From positions 1-64,000 of the forward strand of contig CAVZJB010000016.1 of assembly GCA_963775425.1 (NCBI GenBank): a DNA stretch of 64,000 bases, read 5' to 3'. The position numbers and the translations under genes are program-made. The first letter of the stretch is position 1; each line of letters opens with the position of its first letter. The stretch comes from an uncultured delta proteobacterium (GTDB taxonomy: Bacteria > Myxococcota > UBA727 > VGSZ01). Below are positions 57,746-64,000 of this stretch, one piece after another. The notes beneath the pieces were generated by a model that was not told where the DNA came from, did not search any database, and was given only the letters and a program-made list of their open reading frames with translations.

Positions 57746-60700
57746 GGCCCCGCGCTCCTTCCCGTGTCGCGCGCCCGACGGTCGCGCTCGCCGGCGCCCT
57801 CCTGTGCGGCACCGTCGTGTGCACGTTTGCGACGTCTTGCGGCACCACCACCGCCGCCAGCGGCGCCATGGGCAAGCTCGAGAGCGAGAAGCAGGAGCTG
57901 ATGCGCCTCAAGCGCGACATCGTCAAGGTCGACAAGTCCGTCGAGGTCACCAAGCAGCTCATCCAGCGCAGCAAGGGCGAGCGCTATCTCCCCGACCTCT
58001 ACTTCCGCCTGGCCGAGCTCTACATTGAGAAGTCGCGCCTGGTGTACTTCCGCATCCTCGAGGAGGCAGGCGCCGACGACAAGGCCGCGGTGGTCGCGCC
58101 CGAGGCCCGCCTGTTGAAGGACCAGGCCATCGCCGTGTACCGGCGCATCCTGTCGGAGTTCCCGGACTACCCGGACAACGACAAGATCACGTTCTTCATC
58201 GCGCACGAGTACCGCGAGCTCGGCAACTTCCAGGAGATGATCAAGACGTACGAGGAGCTCATCTCCAAGTACCCCAAGAGCAACTTCCGCTTCGAGGCGT
58301 GGCTCATCCTCGGCGACTACCACTTCGACAAGGGCGACATCGACGAGGCCATCGCCAACTATCGCTCCATCCTGAAGGGGCCGGAGACGTACGCGCACAA
58401 CATGGCGCGCTACAAGCTCGCCTGGTGCTACATCAACAAGGACAAGACCAACCTCGCCGTCGACCTGTGGGAACAGGCGGTCAAGACGCCGACCCCGCCG
58501 GAGCCGGGGGCGGAGCAGACGGGGTCGTCGCTCATCGAGAAGCCCGCGCGCCTCGACGTGCGCCAGGACGCGCTGCGCGACCTCGCCTACTACTACGCCG
58601 AGGCCCGTGACCCGCGCACCGCGCTGCCGTTCTTCCAGAACCTCACGGTGTCGAGGTCCGAGTACAAGATGGCGCTCGAGAAGCTCGCCAAGCGCTTCCA
58701 GATCAAGACCATGTACGAGGAGTCGGCCAAGGTGTACCGCGAGCTCATCCGCGTGTCCGCCGACGTCGACCGCGACCTCGAGTGGGCGGAGGCGGTCTAC
58801 GAGGCGGCGGTGGCGGCCAAGGATCTCGCGCACGCCGACGACGACGTCGTCATGCTCTCGGAGGTGTCCGCCCGCTACAAGTACTGGTGGCGTGCGAACG
58901 AGGAGGACAAGAAGGTCCTCAAGGACTTCGAGCTCCTCACGCGCAATCTCTCCACCCGCCTGCACGCGCTGGCCAAGGAGAAGAAGGATCCCGACCTCTA
59001 CGCGCGCGCCGCCACGGCGTACAAGAGCTACCTCTCGGTGTTCGAGGACAGCCCCGAGCGCTTGGCGATGGAGTGGAACTACGCGGAGACGCTGTTCTCC
59101 GCCAAGCAGTTCGTGAAGGCGGGCCGCCAGTACGAGCAGGTGCTCAAGGACCTCTCGCCCGCCGGCAAGCCGTCCGCGGCCGGCAAGAAGCCCGCGGACG
59201 CCAAGGGCAAGCCGGACGCCAAGGCCGGCAAGCCGGACGCCAAGGCCGGCAAGCCGGACGCCAAGAAGGGTGACGTGAAGGTCGCCAAGGCGGACGACAA
59301 GAAGGCCAAGCCGACGGCGCCGGCGCCGTCGGACCTCGCCAACACCTCGGGCTCCCTCGAGGGCGACCGCAAGCAGGCGATGTACTCGGCCATCCTCAGC
59401 TACTTCGAGGCGTTGAAGAACGAGGAGAAGGGCACGCGCTTCGACTCCATGATGGCGCGCGAGGGCATCAAGGACCTCGGCGGAAAATTCGTCGCCAAGT
59501 ATCCCGACGATCCCAACACGCCCAACGTGAAGTTCAACGTCGCGCGCGCGTATTACGAGCAGGGCCTGTACGACAAGGCCATCGAGCTGTTCGTCGCGTT
59601 CGTCAAAGAGCACCCCACCAACAAGGACGCCAACACCGCCGCCGAGCTCACGCTCGACTCGTACTCCCAGAAGGAGGACTTCCTCGGCCTCGCCAAGCAG
59701 GCCAAGGAGTTCGCCACCATGCCGCTGCCCGACGCCGCCAAGTTCACCAAGATGGCGAGCGACGCCGAGCAGGAAGAGATCAACCGCAAGACCATCAACG
59801 CCGAGAGCGGCAAGGTGGCCGAGGCGCTGTCTTCCTTCGTCGGCGCGCACAAGGGTGACGCGGTCGCGGCCAAGGCGCTGTACCAGGCCTTCGTCATCGC
59901 CAAGGACCGCCGGAACATCTCCGACATGGAGAAGACCGGGCGCCAGCTCCTCGCCGACTACGGCAACACCAAGTACGCCAAGGAGGTGCTGCCCGGGCTC
60001 GCCGAGCAGGCCATCCGCGTCAGCCAGATCGAGCACGCCGCGCAGCTGTACGAGGAGTACGCGCGCCGCTATCCCGAGGGCCAGGCCTCCGACGACCTGC
60101 TCGAGGGCGCCGCCGGCATCCGCACCGGCCTCGGTCAGTTCCCTGAGGCCATGAGCGACTACGAGCGCCTCACCAAGCAGGGCGAAGAGGGCAGGCGGCC
60201 GGGGTGGTTCGCCAAGCTCGCCGAGATCGCGGCGCGCAGCGGCGACTGGCGTCGCGCCGAAGACGCCGCGCTCGCCATCGCCGACAACGGCGCCCACGCG
60301 GTGCTCGCCAACTGCATCGCGGGCGAGGCCGCGCTCCGCACCGCCAAGCCCGACGTCGCCAACGAGCGGCTCCAGGCCGCGGTCATGGCCGCGCAGAAGA
60401 ACCGCGGCAACGAGGACGGCCCCGAGTGGGTCGCGCGCGCGCTCTATCTGCTCGGCGAGATCGTGCGCACCGACTACGAGCGCGTGCAGTTCGGCGTCGG
60501 CGACGAGGGCGCCGCGCTCCAACAGAAGTTCCAGCTCCTCGACGAGCTGCAGGCCACGTACGTCGAAGCCATCAAGGTCGGCGATCCCGAGTGGGCCATG
60601 GGCGGCCTCTACCGCGTGGCCAACGCGTACAAGCAGGCCGCCGACTTCCTGGACAACGCGCCGTCGCCGCAGGGCGCGTCGCCGGAGGACGAAAAGCAGT

Positions 60701-61284
60701 ACCGCGCGGCCCTCGCCGAGCGCTCCGGCCCGCTGCGCAAGCAGGCGGCGGAGGCGCTGCAGGCGTGCAAGGACCAGGCGAAGAAGCTGGAGGCGTTCAA
60801 CCGCTTCACCAAGGCGTGCATGTCGGGCGCGCAGGTGCAGGACGACGGGGACAACCCCCGGCCGCGCCCGGCCGGCGTGGCCATCCCGAACCGCGACAAG
60901 CTCGAGGCCAAGCTCGTCGAGAGCCCCAAGGACGTGAACACCCTCACGCAGCTCATCCGGGCCGCCATCTCGGTGAAGGACTACCCGCTCGCGGGCGTCC
61001 TCGCCGAGCGCGCGCTCGAGATCGACGAGCGCAGCTCGGCGCTCAACAACCTCCGCGGCGTCGCCTTCGCCGGCTCCAACCAGATGCAGGCGGCGGCGGG
61101 CGCGTTCAAGAAGGCCACCAAGCTCGACAGCCACAACAGCGCGGCGTGGGCCAACCTGGGCACGCTCTACTCGCTGTACGGCAACGAGGACCGCGCGCGG
61201 GAGGCTTTCTTCCACGCGGGCAACTTCGACGCGTCGTCGCCCGACGTCATGACCGGCGCCGCAGCCGCGAAAGGAGGCCGCTGA
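57742..61284 (+). CDS. GltD/AgmU-like large TPR protein
   Basis: FRLAELY, LGDYHF, YKLAWC and many TPRs; KPDAKAG repeat insert. Confidence 0.85.
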   Translation: MRPRAPSRVARPTVALAGALLCGTVVCTFATSCGTTTAASGAMGKLESEKQELMRLKRDIVKVDKSVEVTKQLIQRSKGERYLPDLYFRLAELYIEKSRLVYFRILEEAGADDKAAVVAPEARLLKDQAIAVYRRILSEFPDYPDNDKITFFIAHEYRELGNFQEMIKTYEELISKYPKSNFRFEAWLILGDYHFDKGDIDEAIANYRSILKGPETYAHNMARYKLAWCYINKDKTNLAVDLWEQAVKTPTPPEPGAEQTGSSLIEKPARLDVRQDALRDLAYYYAEARDPRTALPFFQNLTVSRSEYKMALEKLAKRFQIKTMYEESAKVYRELIRVSADVDRDLEWAEAVYEAAVAAKDLAHADDDVVMLSEVSARYKYWWRANEEDKKVLKDFELLTRNLSTRLHALAKEKKDPDLYARAATAYKSYLSVFEDSPERLAMEWNYAETLFSAKQFVKAGRQYEQVLKDLSPAGKPSAAGKKPADAKGKPDAKAGKPDAKAGKPDAKKGDVKVAKADDKKAKPTAPAPSDLANTSGSLEGDRKQAMYSAILSYFEALKNEEKGTRFDSMMAREGIKDLGGKFVAKYPDDPNTPNVKFNVARAYYEQGLYDKAIELFVAFVKEHPTNKDANTAAELTLDSYSQKEDFLGLAKQAKEFATMPLPDAAKFTKMASDAEQEEINRKTINAESGKVAEALSSFVGAHKGDAVAAKALYQAFVIAKDRRNISDMEKTGRQLLADYGNTKYAKEVLPGLAEQAIRVSQIEHAAQLYEEYARRYPEGQASDDLLEGAAGIRTGLGQFPEAMSDYERLTKQGEEGRRPGWFAKLAEIAARSGDWRRAEDAALAIADNGAHAVLANCIAGEAALRTAKPDVANERLQAAVMAAQKNRGNEDGPEWVARALYLLGEIVRTDYERVQFGVGDEGAALQQKFQLLDELQATYVEAIKVGDPEWAMGGLYRVANAYKQAADFLDNAPSPQGASPEDEKQYRAALAERSGPLRKQAAEALQACKDQAKKLEAFNRFTKACMSGAQVQDDGDNPRPRPAGVAIPNRDKLEAKLVESPKDVNTLTQLIRAAISVKDYPLAGVLAERALEIDERSSALNNLRGVAFAGSNQMQAAAGAFKKATKLDSHNSAAWANLGTLYSLYGNEDRAREAFFHAGNFDASSPDVMTGAAAAKGGR

Positions 61285-61922
61285 TGCGTGCGTTCGTCGC
61301 CGTCCTCGCGCTCGGGCTCGCGAGCGGGTGCGCGGGCTTGTCCCACCGCGTGGATCGCTCGCTCCTCGACCAGGTCCCCAACGAAGAGCTGCTCTTGCTC
61401 TTCGACGCCGAAAACGCCGTGTTCATCGCGCGCGACGAGTCCGACCTCGCCACGCGCAACCTCGAGGACGCGCGCAAGGCGCTCAAGCGCGCAGACGCCT
61501 ACAAGAAGGTCATCGAGGAGCGCCGCACCTCGGGCGCCGCCATCGACAGCGCCGAGGTGCTCCAGCTCCTCGAGCAATGGAACGACGCGCGCATCGAGAT
61601 GCGCAAGAAGGAGGTCGCGCTGCGCGAAGAGGAGCTCAGCACCTCCGGCGTCCGGCTGTGGGCGGCGCGCGCGCGCTACGAGCGAGCCAAGGCCAAGCTG
61701 GTCAAGGACTTCAACCCCGCCGGCGGCGCCAACATCGACCTCGCGGACTTCGACGAGCAGGTGAAGGACTGGGAGGCGAAGGAGCAGGAGGTCCTCAAGG
61801 GCTTGAAGAAGCGCGAGGACGCCATGCTCGCCGCGCGCGAGGCCTACATCGCGCTCGCCGTCCAACTGCAAAAGGCCTCCAAGGGCGCCTACGGCGGCCC
61901 CTGGGCCAATCTCCTCGATTGA
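61284..61922 (+). CDS. Coiled-coil lipoprotein
   Basis: LASGC lipobox, AGGAGG RBS, helical composition. Confidence 0.8.
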   Translation: MRAFVAVLALGLASGCAGLSHRVDRSLLDQVPNEELLLLFDAENAVFIARDESDLATRNLEDARKALKRADAYKKVIEERRTSGAAIDSAEVLQLLEQWNDARIEMRKKEVALREEELSTSGVRLWAARARYERAKAKLVKDFNPAGGANIDLADFDEQVKDWEAKEQEVLKGLKKREDAMLAAREAYIALAVQLQKASKGAYGGPWANLLD

Positions 61923-61935
61923 GCTAGTTTCGCAA

Positions 61936-61956
61936 GCGGCCGCTCCCGCCGGTCGC
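61936..61956. repeat. Variant copy of the REP-like unit
   Basis: GCGGCCGCTCCCGCCGGTCGC (one mismatch). Confidence 0.7.
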
Positions 61957-61976
61957 AGTGACAGAGGCCCCTTGCC

Positions 61977-64000
61977 GTGATCTTCGCCTCCCTCGTGCTC
62001 GCCCTCGCCGCCGCTCCCGATGCGGGCGTCCCCGCGCCGCCGCCGGCTCCTGTCGAGGGGGGCTCGCGCGACGAGGTCCACCTCTCCGACGGCCCCGCCG
62101 AGGTGCCCCCCAAGAAGGCCGGCATCCCGTTTTACGAAGACCTGGTGAAGAAGACGCCGGGCAATCCCAACGCGCACCAGCAGCTCGCCGCCGCCTTCGC
62201 GCGCCAGGGCAAGACCGACGACGCCCGCCGGGAGGCGCGGCGGGCCATCGAGCTCGCTTCCGCGCTCAACCCGGGCGACGAGGGCGCCAGGGCCGCGGTG
62301 GCGGAGGCGCACCAGGCGCTGGCGCTCGTCGAGGAGGGCGCCGGCAACCTCGCCGCCGCCGAGAAGGAGCTGAACGAGGCCACGGCCGCCGACGGGAACG
62401 TCGAGTACAAGCTCGACCTCGCCCGCGTGCTCTTCCTCCAGTCCAAGATTGGCGGTGATCACGGGGCGGAGGCGGTGTGGAACGACATCGCGCAGAGCTT
62501 CGCCGCCGACGTCGACGTGCAGTTCGCGCTCGCCGACGCCTACAAGGACCTCGGCCGCTACGAGGACGCGTCCGCCGCCTACGAGCGGGCGCTCGCCCTG
62601 GCCACCGAGCCGGGCAGCGAGAAGCGCATCGATATCCTCCTCGAGGAGGGGCGCATGCTCGCAGACCGCGGCAACAACACGCAGGCGCTCGGGCTGTTCA
62701 CGCAGGCCCGCTCCGAGGCGCCCGGGTCCGCGGAGGTGCTCTACAACCTTGGCGTGCTCTACGTGCGGCTCGGCCAGAACGACGCCGCCGTGAACGCGTT
62801 CAAGGATGCGCTCAAGATCGACCCCGACCTCGTGAAGGGGCACAACAACCTCGGCGTCGCCCTCGACAAGGCCGGGCGCCACGACGAGGCCATGGCGGCC
62901 TTCCAGAAGGCCGTCGAGCTCGACGCGCGCTTCGCCGACGCCGCCTACAACCTCGGCCTCGTCAGCTTCAAGCTGCACAAGTTCAAGGAGGCGCGGGCCG
63001 CGTTCGAGAAGGCGCTCACCATCAATCCCGAGATGGCCGACGCCAAGTTCTACCTGGGCGAGGTCTACTACCAGCTCGGCGACCACAAAAAGGCGCTGCA
63101 GGTCTACAAGGAGGCGCTCCGCAGCAACCCCGAGGACGGCTCCTCGCACCGCCGGCTGGGCGACATCTACCTCGAGAAGGGCGACGTCAGCCTGGCCATC
63201 GGCGAGTACTGGGCCGCCGTCGACGCCGACGAGAAGGACACCTCCAACCGCGCGCAGTTGATGCGTGTGCTGCTGGTCCGCAACGACGAGGGAGACGTCC
63301 GGCGCGCCGTGAAGCTCGGCGACGACGGCCTCGACCTCGACCCTTCGGCGCTCGAGGTGCGCGAGGCGCTCTCCGAGGCCGAGGTGCAATACGGGCGCTC
63401 CAAGCGGGCGGAGCAGGTCCTCGAGGCCGGCACCAAGGTGATGCCGGCGGACCCGCGCACCCACGTGTTGCTCGGGCGCTTCCTCCTCGACCAGGGCAAC
63501 CTGCCGGGGGCCAAGCTGAGCATCGATCAGGCGCTCAAGCTCGATCCGAAGAACGCGCCGGCGTTGGCGGCGTCCGGCAAGCTCGCGGAGCTCGGCGGCG
63601 ACAGCAAGACGGCCATCAAGCTCTTCAAGCAGGCGCTCGCCCTCGACGCCACCCTCACCGACGCCCGCGCCGACCTCGGGCGCATCCTGTACGTCGAGGA
63701 CAAGAACACCGAGGCGCTCAAGGAGCTCAAGCGCGCCACCGAGGACGCACCCAAGCTCGGCAAGGCGTGGTTCTACCTCGCGTTCGCGCAAAACAAGGCA
63801 GGCCGAGGCGAAGCGGCCGTGGAGAAGTCGCTCAAAAAGGCGGTGGAAAACCAGCCGGACCTCGCCGAGGCGCACTTCCAGCTCGGCTGCATCGCCCTGC
63901 ACCAGCATCGCCTCAACGACGCCAAGAAGGCCTTCGAGGCCGCGGTGAAGGCGCGCGATTCGTACGAGGAGCCGCGCACCTATCTGGAGCTCATCGCCTC
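61977..64000 (+). CDS. Exported multi-TPR protein (truncated by window end)
   Basis: GTG start, hydrophobic N-terminus, YNLG/NNLG/FYLG TPR repeats; absent from the ORF track, apparently because it has no stop in the window. Confidence 0.88.
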   Translation, partial: MIFASLVLALAAAPDAGVPAPPPAPVEGGSRDEVHLSDGPAEVPPKKAGIPFYEDLVKKTPGNPNAHQQLAAAFARQGKTDDARREARRAIELASALNPGDEGARAAVAEAHQALALVEEGAGNLAAAEKELNEATAADGNVEYKLDLARVLFLQSKIGGDHGAEAVWNDIAQSFAADVDVQFALADAYKDLGRYEDASAAYERALALATEPGSEKRIDILLEEGRMLADRGNNTQALGLFTQARSEAPGSAEVLYNLGVLYVRLGQNDAAVNAFKDALKIDPDLVKGHNNLGVALDKAGRHDEAMAAFQKAVELDARFADAAYNLGLVSFKLHKFKEARAAFEKALTINPEMADAKFYLGEVYYQLGDHKKALQVYKEALRSNPEDGSSHRRLGDIYLEKGDVSLAIGEYWAAVDADEKDTSNRAQLMRVLLVRNDEGDVRRAVKLGDDGLDLDPSALEVREALSEAEVQYGRSKRAEQVLEAGTKVMPADPRTHVLLGRFLLDQGNLPGAKLSIDQALKLDPKNAPALAASGKLAELGGDSKTAIKLFKQALALDATLTDARADLGRILYVEDKNTEALKELKRATEDAPKLGKAWFYLAFAQNKAGRGEAAVEKSLKKAVENQPDLAEAHFQLGCIALHQHRLNDAKKAFEAAVKARDSYEEPRTYLELIA

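Noticed and set aside
57694-63908. Very long antisense ORFs (57694-61215, 61167-63908; likewise 41108-43093, 31438-33798)
   Set aside because: Shadow frames of high-GC3 genes on the opposite strand, with no recognisable motifs.

Overview
High-GC bacterial DNA, most likely Myxococcota (MYXO-CTERM-type sorting tails, Ser/Thr kinases, Glt/Agm-like gliding cluster). 1-2.3 kb looks like the right end of an element integrated at a tRNA-Pro gene (RelE/ParE TA pair, duplicated tRNA 3' end). It is followed by nlpD-apt, an MNIO (DUF692/DUF2063) RiPP cluster with a lipoprotein EGSCG precursor, a large FG-GAP surface protein, three DUF2330 paralogues (one fused to an RnfD-like membrane domain) and a PG-binding/annexin-like protein. 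Next to tRNA-Arg(CCT) is a REP-rich region with an IS481-like end and two divergent four-helix-bundle (IVP/Avd-like) genes, each with its translation start paired to a long upstream antisense copy. Further on are His-brace LPMO-like proteins (one an apparent polyprotein), a flap endonuclease, two tandem PolX-PHP genes with complementary catalytic losses, a NapH/NapG/molybdoenzyme operon, carB and a GltF/G/A/B/C/D-like cluster running off the right edge. All calls come from reading motifs by eye; no searches or folding were run.
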